Below, one piece after another: positions 46,395 through 57,056 of a DNA stretch of 63,868 bases. Below the pieces are notes generated by a model. The model had not been told where the DNA came from. It worked only from the letters and a program-made list of their open reading frames with translations, and searched no databases. Source of the stretch: Chloroflexi bacterium UBA5189 (lineage in GTDB: Bacteria; Chloroflexota; Limnocylindria; Limnocylindrales; CSP1-4). Within the stretch, counting starts at the first letter, position 1. Every line of letters begins with the position of its first letter. The translations under genes and the position numbers were made by a program. The stretch covers positions 9,809-73,676 of the forward strand of contig DHWF01000051.1 in assembly GCA_002413045.1 (NCBI GenBank). The letters are read 5' to 3'.

Positions 46395-48488
46395 TCAGTG
46401 GCCGGACGAGCTGTCGGCGTCGTGATCCTTGCGGTGCTCGGCGACGACCTTGTCGGCGAGGTGGGCTGGCATCTCGTCGTACCGATCGAGGACGGAAGTG
46501 AACGTGCCCCGGCCGCCCGTGATCGACTTCAGCTCCGTGGCGTAGGTGAATAGCTCCGACTGCGGAACGTGCGCGTTGATCACCTGCATGCCGTCCAGGG
46601 TGTCCATACCGAGCACACGCCCGCGCCGGCCGTTCAGGTCGCGGTTGACCTCGCCCATGTACGCCTCGGGGACTCGGATCGCGACCGTCATGATCGGCTC
46701 GAGGAGGACCGGCTTGGCCTGGAGGATGCCTTCCTTGAGGGCCATCGAGGCCGCGATCTTGAACGACAGCTCGTTCGAGTCGACGGTGTGGAAGGAGCCG
46801 TCGTACAGCGTCGCCTTGAAGTCCGAGAGGGGATACCCGGCGAAGACGCCCTCCGCGGCCGTCTCCCGGATGCCCTTCTCGACGCCCGGGAAGAAGTTCC
46901 GCGGCACGGAGCCACCGACGACCTTCTCAGCGAACTCGACGCCGCCGCCCGGGTTCGGCTCGATCTCGATCCAGACATCGCCGAACATCCCGTGGCCGCC
47001 GGTCTGCTTCTTGTAGCGGCCGTGCGCGTTGGCCTTGCCGCGAATGGACTCGCGGTACGGGACGCGCGGGGTGTGCGTGAGGATCGCGGCCCCGAACTTG
47101 CGCTTGAGGCGCTCGATGATCACGGCCGCCTGAGCGTCGCCGAGGGTCCGCAGGATCTGCTCGCCGGCGTCGCTGCGCTCGACCCGGGCCGACGGCTCCT
47201 CCTCGAGCATGCGCTGGAGCGCCGGGCCCATCTTGTCGAGGTCCAGCTTGGTCTGCGGCTCGATGGCCATGATCAGCGTCGGCTCGGGGAAGGTGAGTCC
47301 CGGGAGCGTGAGCGGCTTCTCCTTCGACGACAACGTGTCGCCCGTCGCGGTGACCGAGAGCTTCGCCACCGCCCCGATCTCGCCCGCGTGGAGCTCGCCG
47401 ATCGGCTCCTGCTCCTTGCCGTGGAGGAGGAGCAGCTGGCCGATGCGCTCCTCGACGCCGCCGTGGCCCGCGTTCCACGCGTGGCCCTGCGAATGGAGCG
47501 TGCCGGAGAGGATGCGCAGGTAGGTCAGCCGGCCGACGAACGGATCGGCGGCGGTCTTGAACACGCGCGCGAGGAGCGGACCGTTCGGGTCGGGCAGGAT
47601 TTCGATCGTCGAGCCGCTCTTGTCGGCGGCCTTCGCGGCGCCCTCGTCGGCGGGGGAGGGGAGGTATCGCACGATGGCGTCGAGGAGCGCCTGGAGCCCG
47701 ATCCCCGTCGCCGAGCTGCCTACGAGCACCGGCGCCAGGACCGAGTCCTTGACGCCCTTCCGGAGGCACACCTCGAGCTCGTGATCGGAGATGTCCTCGC
47801 CCTCGAGGTACTTCGTCAGGACGTCGTCGTCGGCCTCGGCGGCGGCCTCGAGGAGCTGGTCGCGGCGGCGGGCGACCTCGTCGGCCATGCCCGCGGGGAT
47901 CGCGGTCTCGACCTCCTTGCCACCCTGGAGCTCGTATGCCTTGCGGTGGACGAGGTCGACGTAGCCGCTGAATTCGTGCGCCGAGCCGATCGCGAGCTGG
48001 AGCGGCGCGATCTTGTTGCCGAAGACCGCGCGCAGGGCATCGAGGGCGCGGAGCGCGTCGGCGTTCTCCTTGTCGCACTTGTTGATGAAGAAGCACGCGG
48101 CGGTGCCGGTCGAGCGGCCGAGCGCGACGGCCTGCTCGAGACCCGCTTCGACCCCGCCCGTCGCGTCCGTCACCAGGATCGCGCCGTCGGCGGCCTCGAA
48201 GCCCGAGATGACCTCGGCGACGAAGTCGAGGTAGCCAGGCGTGTCGAGGATCGTGACCCGGGTCCCGTCCGTCTCGAATGTCGCCACCGCGAGGCTGAGC
48301 GTCTCGCGCCGCTTCTGCTCTTCTGGCTCGAAGTCGAGGTGGGACGTGCCGTCCTCCACCTTGCCGACCCGGCCCACGGCGCCGGACTTGAACAGGAGCT
48401 GCTCGCCGAGCGTCGTCTTGCCCGCACCCGCGTGGCCGGCCAGGACGACGCTCCGAAGGTGGGGCAGATCGACGCTCTTCGCAGTCAT
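46395..48488 (-). CDS. Elongation factor G paralog (EF-G2-like)
   Basis: GHAGAGKTT, DTPG, NKCD, KQTGGHG, DGSFHTVDS; divergent switch I; not in str operon. Confidence 0.92.
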   Translation of the reverse strand: MTAKSVDLPHLRSVVLAGHAGAGKTTLGEQLLFKSGAVGRVGKVEDGTSHLDFEPEEQKRRETLSLAVATFETDGTRVTILDTPGYLDFVAEVISGFEAADGAILVTDATGGVEAGLEQAVALGRSTGTAACFFINKCDKENADALRALDALRAVFGNKIAPLQLAIGSAHEFSGYVDLVHRKAYELQGGKEVETAIPAGMADEVARRRDQLLEAAAEADDDVLTKYLEGEDISDHELEVCLRKGVKDSVLAPVLVGSSATGIGLQALLDAIVRYLPSPADEGAAKAADKSGSTIEILPDPNGPLLARVFKTAADPFVGRLTYLRILSGTLHSQGHAWNAGHGGVEERIGQLLLLHGKEQEPIGELHAGEIGAVAKLSVTATGDTLSSKEKPLTLPGLTFPEPTLIMAIEPQTKLDLDKMGPALQRMLEEEPSARVERSDAGEQILRTLGDAQAAVIIERLKRKFGAAILTHTPRVPYRESIRGKANAHGRYKKQTGGHGMFGDVWIEIEPNPGGGVEFAEKVVGGSVPRNFFPGVEKGIRETAAEGVFAGYPLSDFKATLYDGSFHTVDSNELSFKIAASMALKEGILQAKPVLLEPIMTVAIRVPEAYMGEVNRDLNGRRGRVLGMDTLDGMQVINAHVPQSELFTYATELKSITGGRGTFTSVLDRYDEMPAHLADKVVAEHRKDHDADSSSGH

Positions 48489-48616
48489 GGGCGAGTCGGG
48501 ACCTCGCTGCAGGGTGGAAGCGGCCGCCTTCGGCGTCGATCCATGATAGTGCCGGGCCGGGCTGCGTGGTCCGCGCTGCGGCTCGGGGTGGCTGGTGCTC
48601 GGTATACTGCCGCCCG

Positions 48617-49369
48617 ATGTCCGGACACTCAAAATGGTCGACGATCAAGCGCGCGAAAGGCGTCACCGACGCCAAGCGCAGCGCGGTCTTCACCAAGGTC
48701 GCACGGGAGATCAGCGTGGCCGCGCGCCAGGGCGGCGGCGACCCCGACGCGAACTACCGGCTGCGCCTCGCGATCGAGAAGGCGCGCTCCGTCAACATGC
48801 CGGCCGACAACATCAAGCGAACCATCGACAAGGCCACCGGCGGCGGCGAGGCCGAACAGTTCGAGGAGATCATCTACGAGGGCTACGGCCCGGGCGGCGT
48901 GGCCATCCTCGTCGAGGCGGCGACGGACAACCGCAACCGAACGGCGGCGGACGTGCGCGCGCTGTTCACCAAGGCCGGCGGGGCGCTCGCCAGCTCCGGC
49001 GCGGTGGCCTGGCAGTTCGAGCCGCGCGGGCTGATCACGATCCCGGCGAACGGCCACGACCCGGACGACGTCGCGCTCACGGCCATCGATGCCGGGGCCG
49101 ACGACGTCGACACCAGCGGCGGCGAGGTCGTCGAGGTCTACACGACGCCCGGCGCCCTCGAGGCGGTCCGCAAGGCGCTCGACAAGGCCGGCGTGACGGT
49201 CGACTCCGCGGAGAGCGCGATGATCGCGAAGAACACGGTCGAGGTGGACGAGCACCGCGCGCGCCAGAACCTCCGCCTGGTCGAGTCGCTCGAGGACCTC
49301 GACGACGTCCAGCGGGTCACGGCCAACTTCGACATCCCCGAGGAGCTGTTCGCCGAGGTCGCGGGTTGA
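48617..49369 (+). CDS. yebC: YebC/PmpR family protein
   Basis: [38 protein letters not shown]. Confidence 0.96.
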   Translation: MSGHSKWSTIKRAKGVTDAKRSAVFTKVAREISVAARQGGGDPDANYRLRLAIEKARSVNMPADNIKRTIDKATGGGEAEQFEEIIYEGYGPGGVAILVEAATDNRNRTAADVRALFTKAGGALASSGAVAWQFEPRGLITIPANGHDPDDVALTAIDAGADDVDTSGGEVVEVYTTPGALEAVRKALDKAGVTVDSAESAMIAKNTVEVDEHRARQNLRLVESLEDLDDVQRVTANFDIPEELFAEVAG

Positions 49370-49385
49370 CCTTTCGGGCGCCCAG

Positions 49386-50003
49386 GTGATTGTCCTCGGC
49401 ATCGATCCGGGGACGGCCGCGCTGGGCTACGGCATCGTCGAGGCCAAGAGCGGCCGCGTCCGCATGGTCGACGCCGGGACGCTGGTAACCAAGCCGGACG
49501 CCTCGCTCCCGAAGCGGCTCCTGGCGATCCACGGGCTCCTCGACGAGCTGATCGCGCTGCATCGGCCGGACATCCTCGCGGTGGAGCGGCTGTTCTTCTC
49601 GAGGAACGCACAGACCGCGTTCGCGGTGGGTCAGGCGCGCGGCGTCGTGCTGCTCGCGGCCGCGCAGGCCGAGGTGCCCGTGCGCGAGGCCACGCCGAAC
49701 GAGGTCAAGGTGGCGGTGACCGGTTACGGCGCCGCGGACAAGGAGCAGGTCGGGCGGATGGTCGCGGTCTGCCTCGGGCTCAAGGAGCCGCCCAGACCGG
49801 ACGACACCGCCGACGCCCTCGCGATCGCCATTTGGGCCGCGAACGCGGAGCGCCCGGGCGCCGAAGCGCTTCGATCGTCCGTGCTCGATCGCGCATCGGT
49901 GAATCCCATGACCACGAACACGGGCGCGGGCAACAGCTACGAGCGCGCGGTCCGCGAGGCGATCGCGCGAGAGAAGGCGGCGCAGGGCCCGAAACGCTCG
50001 TGA
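49386..50003 (+). CDS. ruvC: Holliday junction resolvase RuvC
   Basis: [38 protein letters not shown]. Confidence 0.97.
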   Translation: MIVLGIDPGTAALGYGIVEAKSGRVRMVDAGTLVTKPDASLPKRLLAIHGLLDELIALHRPDILAVERLFFSRNAQTAFAVGQARGVVLLAAAQAEVPVREATPNEVKVAVTGYGAADKEQVGRMVAVCLGLKEPPRPDDTADALAIAIWAANAERPGAEALRSSVLDRASVNPMTTNTGAGNSYERAVREAIAREKAAQGPKRS

Positions 50004-50010
50004 TCGCCCC

Positions 50011-50604
50011 GTGATCGCCTCGCTCGACGGCATCGTCGGGGCGGTGACGTTCGAAGCGTTGATCGTCGAGGTCGGCGGAGTGGGGTATCGGGTCTACGCC
50101 TCCCCGTCCGTGCTTGCCGCCACGCCGCCGGGGAGCCGTCTGAAGCTGTTCACGCATCACGTGTTCCGCGAGGACCTCCAGGCCCTGTACGGGTTTCGCA
50201 CGGCCGAGGAGCTCGGATTCTTCGGGCTGTTGCTGACGGTGACTGGGGTCGGGCCGAAGGTCGCGATGGCCATCGTCAGCTCCCGCCCGACCGCGGAGCT
50301 GCAGCTCGCGATCATGCAGCAGGACCAGGCGGTACTCGTGTCGATCCCCGGTATCGGCAAGCGACTCGCGGAACGGGTGATCTTCGAGCTCAAGGAGAAG
50401 GTCGCGGCGGCGGGCGTGGCCGCGGGCGTGAGCGCGCTGGGTGGCCCGGTCGCCGAGGGCGACGTCGTGGGCGCGCTGCAGGCGCTCGGCTACTCGCTCC
50501 CGGAGGGGCGCGAAGCGGCCCGGATCGGGCTCGGCATGGCGGGTGTCGGGGCGTCGCTCGAGGAGCGGGTCAAGGCCGCGCTGCGGGTGCTCGCCCGCGA
50601 CTGA
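50011..50604 (+). CDS. ruvA: Holliday junction branch migration protein RuvA
   Basis: VGGVGY, LYGF, VTGVGPK, IPGIGKRLAER, ALQALGY. Confidence 0.97.
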   Translation: MIASLDGIVGAVTFEALIVEVGGVGYRVYASPSVLAATPPGSRLKLFTHHVFREDLQALYGFRTAEELGFFGLLLTVTGVGPKVAMAIVSSRPTAELQLAIMQQDQAVLVSIPGIGKRLAERVIFELKEKVAAAGVAAGVSALGGPVAEGDVVGALQALGYSLPEGREAARIGLGMAGVGASLEERVKAALRVLARD

Positions 50605-50617
50605 CCGCGAACCCCGA

Positions 50618-50656
50618 CAAGAACTTGTAGATTTCTTGCGTAATATTGCGTAGCAT
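50618..50656 (+). promoter_or_regulatory. AT-rich promoter/operator region of LacI gene
   Basis: Inverted repeat CAAGAA-N9-TTCTTG; TAGCAT -10 six bp before ATG; TTCTTGC recurs near 51700 before the glucosidase. Confidence 0.5.
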
Positions 50657-50662
50657 GTCGCC

Positions 50663-51670
50663 ATGACACGACGACTCGCGGATGTTGCGAAGAAGGTTGG
50701 CGTCTCGGAAGCGACCGTCAGCCGTGTCCTCAACGAGAAGCCCGGCGTCTCGGAGGGGACTCGCCAGCGGATCCTGACGGCCCTCGACGTCCTGGGCTAC
50801 GAGCGGCCCACCAAGCTTCGCGGCGAACGCGCCAGGCTGGTCGGGCTCGTCCTCCCGGAGCTCCAGAACCCGATCTTCCCGGCCTTTGCAGAGATCGTCT
50901 GCAGCGCCCTCGCGCAACAGGGCTACACGCCCGTGCTGTGCACCCAGACCGCGGGCGGCGTGACCGAGGCGGACTATGTCGACCTGCTCCTGCAGCAGCA
51001 GGTCTCCGGCGTGGTCTTCGCCGGCGGGCTGTACACCCAGGCGGACGCTCCCCACGACCATTACCGCCGGCTCACCGCGCGCAAGCTTCCGACCGTCCTC
51101 GTCAACGCGCCGATCGACGGCCTCGGGTTTGCGACGGTCTCGTGCGACGACGCGAGCGCCGCCGAGCAGGCGTTCCAGCATCTCGCCTCGCTCGGGCACG
51201 TTCGAATCGGCCTCCTGCTCGGGCCGCCGGACCACGTGCCGTCCCGGCGCAAGCTGGCCGCGGCGCTGCGGGCGGCACAGGCGGCGGGGATGCCCATCCC
51301 GCCGGAGCGGATCGCACACTCGCTGTATTCGCTCGAAGCGGCTCAGGCGTCGACGACCCGACTGCTGCGCGCGGGCGTGACCGGCATCGTCGCCGCGAGC
51401 GACCCGATGGCGCTCGGCGCGATCCGCGCGGTGCGGCGAGCCGGCCTCAGCGTGCCGGGGGACGTATCGGTCATCGGGTTCGACGACTCGGCGCTGATGA
51501 GCAGCATCGACCCGCCACTCACGACGGTTCGCCAGCCGATCGACGCCATGGGCCGGCTCGTGATCGAGCTGCTGACCGCCCAGATCGCCGGCAACGCCGT
51601 CGCCCACGACGAGATGCTGTTCGAGCCGGAGCTGGTCGTCCGCGCGTCCACGGGAGCTGCGCCCGCCTGA
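50663..51670 (+). CDS. LacI family transcriptional regulator
   Basis: LADVAKKVGVSEATVSRVLN HTH; VPGDVSVIGFDD, PPLTTVRQP. Confidence 0.96.
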   Translation: MTRRLADVAKKVGVSEATVSRVLNEKPGVSEGTRQRILTALDVLGYERPTKLRGERARLVGLVLPELQNPIFPAFAEIVCSALAQQGYTPVLCTQTAGGVTEADYVDLLLQQQVSGVVFAGGLYTQADAPHDHYRRLTARKLPTVLVNAPIDGLGFATVSCDDASAAEQAFQHLASLGHVRIGLLLGPPDHVPSRRKLAAALRAAQAAGMPIPPERIAHSLYSLEAAQASTTRLLRAGVTGIVAASDPMALGAIRAVRRAGLSVPGDVSVIGFDDSALMSSIDPPLTTVRQPIDAMGRLVIELLTAQIAGNAVAHDEMLFEPELVVRASTGAAPA

Positions 51671-51788
51671 TCCGTCATCCGTCCAACAATCGTTGTCAAC
51701 TTCTTGCATTCTTTTGTCGGTCCTGTTACGTTCTCGGCCCGAGCCGCCGGTGGAGTGGCGGGCTTGGCTGGACGCATCGAGGGCATCC

Positions 51789-53513
51789 GTGACGGCTGTC
51801 GAGCGCGATGATCGGCTTCTGGGGAGGACGGCAACCGCGCCGTCGGCGACGAGCCCGGCCGCCGTGACCGAGGATCCACGCTGGTGGCGCCGGGCCGTGA
51901 TCTACGAGATCTACGTCCGCAGCTTCGCCGATGCGAATGGGGACGGCACGGGTGACATCGCCGGCGTGCGGTCCCGGCTCCCATACCTCCGCGACCTCGG
52001 GATCGACGCCGTCTGGTTCACCCCGTGGTACGCCTCGCCCCTGGCGGATGGCGGCTATGACGTCGCCGACTATCGGGCGATCGACCCGGCCTTCGGCACG
52101 CTGGCGGAGGCAGAGGCCCTGATCGCGGAGGCGCGAGCCCTCGGCATCCGGACGATCGTCGACGTCGTCCCCAATCACGTGTCCAGCCAGCACCCGTGGT
52201 TCCTGGCAGCGCTCCGGGCTCCGGCAGGGTCGCCGGAGCGGTCGCGGTTCTGGTTCCATCCCGGGCGCGACGAGCACGGCGAGGCGATGCCCACGGACTG
52301 GGTCTCGAACTTTGGTGGGGCGACCTGGACGCGGACCGTCGATGCGGCCGGGCGGCCGGGGGAGTGGTACCTCCACCTGTTCGCGGAGGACCAGCCGGAC
52401 TTGAACTGGAACCACCCGGACGTCCGGCGCGAGTTCGAGGACATCCTCCGCTTCTGGTTCGATCGCGGGGCGGCGGGCATCCGGATCGACTCGGCCGCCC
52501 TCCTGGTCAAGGACGCGAGCCTCCCGGAAGTCCCCGACAAGCCGGGCCCCGGCGATCACCCGAGCGTCGACCGGGATGAGATCCACGACATCTATCGCGG
52601 CTGGCGCGCCGTGGCGGACACGTATGCCGACCCGAAGGCCCTCGTCGGCGAGGTCTGGCTCGCGGATGTCGATCGGTTCGTGCGCTACCTCCGGCCCGAC
52701 GAGCTGCACACCGCCTTCAACTTCGACTTCCTCGCCCAGCCGTGGAGCGCGGCGGCGCTGCGGCTGTCGATCGACCAGGCCCGCGCGGCGCACGCGCCCG
52801 TCGACGCGCCGGCAACGTGGCTGCTCTCCAACCACGATGTCACCCGTCCGGTGACGCGCTACGGCCGGGGCGACTCGTCCTTCCGCTTCGCGGCGAAGCG
52901 GCGCGGAACGCCGACGGATCTCGATCTGGGCCGGCGCCGGGCGCGCGCCGCGGCGCTCCTCACGGCCAGCCTGCCCGGGTCGCTGTACATCTACCAGGGC
53001 GACGAGCTGGGCCTCGACGAGGTCGAGAACCTCCCGCCGGAGCGCCTCCAGGACCCGATGGTCGTCCGCTCCGGCGGTGTCGATCCCGGTCGCGACGGCT
53101 GCCGGGTTCCGCTGCCCTGGTCCGGATCGGCGCCGCCGTTCGGGTTCAGCCCGCAAGACCGGCATGCCGATCCGTGGCTCCCGCAGCCATCGAGCTGGTC
53201 GGCGCTGACCGTCGAGGCGCAGCGGGCCGACGACACGTCGATGCTGGCGCTGTACCGCCGGGCGCTGGCGATCCGCCGAACGGATCCGGATCTGGCCGGC
53301 GAGGCGTTCACGTGGCTTCCCTCCGGACCGGACGTCCTCGCCTTCCGGCGCGGGCATCGATTCGTGAGCATCACGAACTTCAGCGCGGGCGAGGTCCGCG
53401 GGCCCGAGGGCGCCGAGCTGCTGCTCGCCAGCCACGAGCTTCGCGACGGGCACCTCCCAGCCGATTCGACCGGCTGGTGGCGGCTGTACGACCCACCCGG
53501 AGACGGGCCATGA
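51789..53513 (+). CDS. GH13 alpha-glucosidase (start codon uncertain)
   Basis: WWRRAVIYEIYVRSFAD, DVVPNH, GIRIDS, GEVW, SNHD, GRDGCRVPLPW. Confidence 0.95.
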   Translation: MTAVERDDRLLGRTATAPSATSPAAVTEDPRWWRRAVIYEIYVRSFADANGDGTGDIAGVRSRLPYLRDLGIDAVWFTPWYASPLADGGYDVADYRAIDPAFGTLAEAEALIAEARALGIRTIVDVVPNHVSSQHPWFLAALRAPAGSPERSRFWFHPGRDEHGEAMPTDWVSNFGGATWTRTVDAAGRPGEWYLHLFAEDQPDLNWNHPDVRREFEDILRFWFDRGAAGIRIDSAALLVKDASLPEVPDKPGPGDHPSVDRDEIHDIYRGWRAVADTYADPKALVGEVWLADVDRFVRYLRPDELHTAFNFDFLAQPWSAAALRLSIDQARAAHAPVDAPATWLLSNHDVTRPVTRYGRGDSSFRFAAKRRGTPTDLDLGRRRARAAALLTASLPGSLYIYQGDELGLDEVENLPPERLQDPMVVRSGGVDPGRDGCRVPLPWSGSAPPFGFSPQDRHADPWLPQPSSWSALTVEAQRADDTSMLALYRRALAIRRTDPDLAGEAFTWLPSGPDVLAFRRGHRFVSITNFSAGEVRGPEGAELLLASHELRDGHLPADSTGWWRLYDPPGDGP

Positions 53514-53601
53514 GCTGCATCGCGGCAGAGGTGCGCATGGCATGACGATCCATTTCCCGAGCGCAGCGAGCACCATTGGGAACGTGAGAGGAGAAGACGA
53601 G

Positions 53602-55038
53602 ATGTCGAGGAGACGTTCAAGGCCACCGGCAATGATCGCGGCAGTCCTGACGGCCGTGGTCGCCATCGTCGCGGCCTGCAGCCCGGTCGCGAGCCCGTCG
53701 CCAACCGCGGCACCGGGCACCGGCCAGCCTGCCGCGACGGCAGGCGCATCGAGCGCCGCGCAGGCGCCCGTCACCATCACCGTCGGCGTCCTCCGACCGG
53801 GCGCCACGCAGGAGGCAGTCGACGCGCTGAACCTCCAGATCACGGAGTTCGAGGCGAAGTACCCCTGGATCACCGTCGTGCCGCAGGAGTACAACTGGAC
53901 CGCGCCGACGTTCACCGCGGCGCTCGCGGCGGGCACGCTACCCGTCGTGTTCACGATCCCGTTCACCGACGGCAAGGGCCTCATCGCCCAGCACCAGATC
54001 ATCAACATCGACTCCCGCGTGCGGGCCCTCGGGTACGCCGACAAGTTCAACAAGAACGTCATCTCCAACGGCCAGGACACGAGCGGTGCGATCTGGGCTG
54101 TGCCGATCGCGGCATACGGCATGTCCCTGACCTACAACCGGACCCTGTTCACCCAGGCCGGACTCGATCCGAATAACCCGCCCGCCACCTGGGATGACGT
54201 CCAGGCAGCGGCGAAGACGATTGCCGCGAAGACCGGCATGGCCGGCTATGCCGAGATGGCAACCGAGAACACCGGTGGCTGGCAGCTGACCACCTCGACG
54301 TACGCCCTCGGTGGGCGCATGGAGACGGTCGGCGCGGATGGCAAGGTCACCGCGACCCTCAACAACGACCAGACGAAGGCCGCCCTCGCGCGCCTGCAGA
54401 CCATGCGCTGGCAGGACAACTCGCTGGGCTCCACCTTCGACTACGCGTGGGGAACGATCAACCAGGCATTCGCCTCCGGGCAGATCGGCATGTTCACCGG
54501 TGGCTCGGACCTGTACACGGCCATGGTCCAGAACAACAACCTGAACCCGGCCGACTACGGCGTCTCCGTGATCCCGCTCGCGAGCTCGCCGACTGCCGGC
54601 GTGCTCGGCGGCGGCACGCTTGCCGCGGTCAACGTGGTCACGACCGACGCCCAGCGCGACGCGGCCGTGGACTGGATCGACTTCTACTACATGCAGAAGC
54701 TGCTCACGCAGGCCGGCGCCGTCGCCGACGCGCAGGCGCTCAAGGCCAACAACCAGCCGGTCGGTGTGCCGTCGCTGCCGATCTTCGACAAGGCGACCTA
54801 CGACGCCTCCCAGGGCTGGATCAAGGACTTCATCAACGTGCCGGCGGCCCAGATGACCCCGTTCACGTCGAAGATCTTCGATCAGCCGATCGTGACGGAG
54901 CCGACCGCTCACACCCAGGAGCTCTATGCGGCCCTCGACCCCGTCGTCCAGGCCGTGCTCACCGATAAGAATGCGGACATCAACGCGCTGCTCGACGGCG
55001 CGAACAAGGCCGTCCAGGCGATCCTGGACAAGGGCTGA
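53602..55038 (+). CDS. Sugar ABC transporter substrate-binding lipoprotein
   Basis: GAGAGGAG RBS; lipobox VAAC; FEAKYP, LTYNRTLFTQAGLDP...PATWDD. Confidence 0.93.
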   Translation: MSRRRSRPPAMIAAVLTAVVAIVAACSPVASPSPTAAPGTGQPAATAGASSAAQAPVTITVGVLRPGATQEAVDALNLQITEFEAKYPWITVVPQEYNWTAPTFTAALAAGTLPVVFTIPFTDGKGLIAQHQIINIDSRVRALGYADKFNKNVISNGQDTSGAIWAVPIAAYGMSLTYNRTLFTQAGLDPNNPPATWDDVQAAAKTIAAKTGMAGYAEMATENTGGWQLTTSTYALGGRMETVGADGKVTATLNNDQTKAALARLQTMRWQDNSLGSTFDYAWGTINQAFASGQIGMFTGGSDLYTAMVQNNNLNPADYGVSVIPLASSPTAGVLGGGTLAAVNVVTTDAQRDAAVDWIDFYYMQKLLTQAGAVADAQALKANNQPVGVPSLPIFDKATYDASQGWIKDFINVPAAQMTPFTSKIFDQPIVTEPTAHTQELYAALDPVVQAVLTDKNADINALLDGANKAVQAILDKG

Positions 55039-55056
55039 TCCGCCTCCAATCAGTGG

Positions 55057-55085
55057 TACGGGCCCCGGCTCCGCCGGGGCCCGTA
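55057..55085 (+). terminator. Intercistronic stem-loop after the substrate-binding protein gene
   Basis: TACGGGCCCCGG-CTCCG-CCGGGGCCCGTA perfect 12-bp stem. Confidence 0.65.
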
Positions 55086-55121
55086 TCGTTTCAGGATGCC
55101 GGTCGAAGGCGACGAGGTGCC

Positions 55122-56066
55122 ATGGGCACGTTGACCGAGGCGATCCCCGCAGCCACCCGGACCCGCAGGCGCGGGCTCCGCGTGCGCCTGACGCGCGACA
55201 GCCTCGCGACCCTGCTGTTCCTCCTGCCGCTTCTCGCGGTGTTCGGCCTGTTCTCGTGGTTCCCGATCATCCGGGCCTTCGTGATGAGCGTGCAGGCAAC
55301 GAACCTCGTCTCGGAGCCGACGTTCGTCGGACTCGACAACTTCGCCCAGGTGCTGGCCGATCCGCAGTTCGGCATCGCCGTCGGCAACACGCTGTGGTTC
55401 GCGTTGCTGGCACTGGTGTTCGGCTTTCCCATCCCGATCATCCTCGCCGTCGTCATGAGCGAGGTCCGACGGTTCCGCGGCCTCTACTCCGCGCTGGCCT
55501 ACCTGCCCGTCGTCATCCCGCCGGTCGTGTCGGTGCTCCTGTGGCGGTTCTTCTACGACGCCTCGTCGCGCGGCGTGTTCAACACGATCCTCGGCTGGAT
55601 CGGGGTCGGGCCGCTGCCGTGGCTGCAGAGCGCCGGGACGGCGATGCCCTCGATCGTGATCGAAGCGACGTGGGCGAACGCGGGCGCCACGGTGATCATC
55701 TATCTCGCGGCATTGCTCGGCGTCCCGCGGGAGCTGTACGACGCCGCCGACGTCGACGGCGCCTCGATCTGGCAGAAGATCGTCAACATCACGCTGCCGC
55801 AGCTGCGCTCCGTACTGCTCATCACGCTGATCCTGCAGCTGCTCGCGACGGCCCAGCTGTTCACCGAGCCACTCCTGTTCACGAGCGGCGGTCCGAACAA
55901 CGCGACGCTCTCGATCCTGCTCCTGATCTACCGCTACGCGTTCCAGAACAGCCTCGGCGGCCAGTACGGGATGGCGGCCGCCCTGAGCCTGATGCTGGCC
56001 GCGTTCCTGGCGGTGTTCACCGCCGTGTACTACCGCCTCACCCGCGGCTGGAGCACCAGCTCGTGA
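55122..56066 (+). CDS. Carbohydrate ABC transporter permease
   Basis: FVGLDNF, ELYDAADVDGAS EAA-like loop, GGPNNAT. Confidence 0.95.
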   Translation: MGTLTEAIPAATRTRRRGLRVRLTRDSLATLLFLLPLLAVFGLFSWFPIIRAFVMSVQATNLVSEPTFVGLDNFAQVLADPQFGIAVGNTLWFALLALVFGFPIPIILAVVMSEVRRFRGLYSALAYLPVVIPPVVSVLLWRFFYDASSRGVFNTILGWIGVGPLPWLQSAGTAMPSIVIEATWANAGATVIIYLAALLGVPRELYDAADVDGASIWQKIVNITLPQLRSVLLITLILQLLATAQLFTEPLLFTSGGPNNATLSILLLIYRYAFQNSLGGQYGMAAALSLMLAAFLAVFTAVYYRLTRGWSTSS

Positions 56067-56980
56067 TCGCCTTGCCGCGCCGGGGACGGCGCTCCAGCGA
56101 CACGAGCGAGCGCGGGATCGTCGCGCCCGCGGACTGGCGCCGGCCTCGGATGCGCTGGCCGTTGCTCGCGATCCAGGGCGCCGTCCTGCTGTTCCTGCTC
56201 ATCGTCGGCCTGGGTCCGCTGCTGTGGATGGCCAAGGCCGCCGTCACGGCGACCCAGGACACGCTGCGCTACCCGATGGCCGTGTGGCCGCACGGCATCG
56301 ACCTCGGGCAGCTTGCAACCGCCTGGTCGAAGACGCACATCGACCGCTACCTCCTCAACACCGTGGTCATCGCGGCGGGGTCCTGGGCAAGCCAGCTCAT
56401 CGTGGCCACGACCGGCGGCTATGCACTGTCCGTGCTCCGGCCGCGGTTCGCTGGGCTCGTGACGGGCCTCGTGCTCGCGACCCTGTTCGTGCCGCCGATC
56501 GTGCTCCTCGTGCCGCTGTACCTGACCATCGTCCACGTCCCGATCGCCAACATCCGGCTCATCGACTCGTACTGGGCGATCTGGCTGCCGGCCGGCGCCA
56601 GCGCGGTGAACGTGATCCTGGTCAAGCGCTTCTTCGACAACCTGCCGCGCGAGATCTTCGAGGCCGCCCGGGTCGACGGCGCCGGGGCACTGCGACTGTT
56701 CTGGTCGATCGTGCTGCCGCTGTCGCGCCCGATCCTCGGCGTCGTCTCGGTGTTCGCGATCACGGCGACGTGGAAGGACTACCTGTGGCCGTTGCTGGTG
56801 ATCCGTGACCCGAACCTCCAGCCCCTCTCGGTCCGCCTCCCGACGCTGCAGGCGTCCACGGATCTCGGCGTGTTCATCGCCTCACTGGCGATCTCGAGCC
56901 TGATCCCGATCCTGGTGTTCCTGCTGTTCCAGCGCCTGTTCCTGAACGGCGCCGGCCTGAGCGGCGCGATCAAGGGCTGA
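56063..56980 (+). CDS. Carbohydrate ABC transporter permease
   Basis: LPREIFEAARVDGAG, IVLPLSRP, GAIKG end. Confidence 0.95.
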   Translation: MIALPRRGRRSSDTSERGIVAPADWRRPRMRWPLLAIQGAVLLFLLIVGLGPLLWMAKAAVTATQDTLRYPMAVWPHGIDLGQLATAWSKTHIDRYLLNTVVIAAGSWASQLIVATTGGYALSVLRPRFAGLVTGLVLATLFVPPIVLLVPLYLTIVHVPIANIRLIDSYWAIWLPAGASAVNVILVKRFFDNLPREIFEAARVDGAGALRLFWSIVLPLSRPILGVVSVFAITATWKDYLWPLLVIRDPNLQPLSVRLPTLQASTDLGVFIASLAISSLIPILVFLLFQRLFLNGAGLSGAIKG

Positions 56981-56999
56981 CGTCGCGGCTGCTACCGTC

Positions 57000-57025
57000 G
57001 AACGTCCCGGGAGGCCGATTCGTCA
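57000..57025 (+). promoter_or_regulatory. Putative ECF sigma promoter
   Basis: GAAC-N17-CGTCA directly upstream of ECF gene. Confidence 0.6.
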
Positions 57026-57056
57026 GGTAGGGCATGCAGGGAACTCGCGGGTCGCG

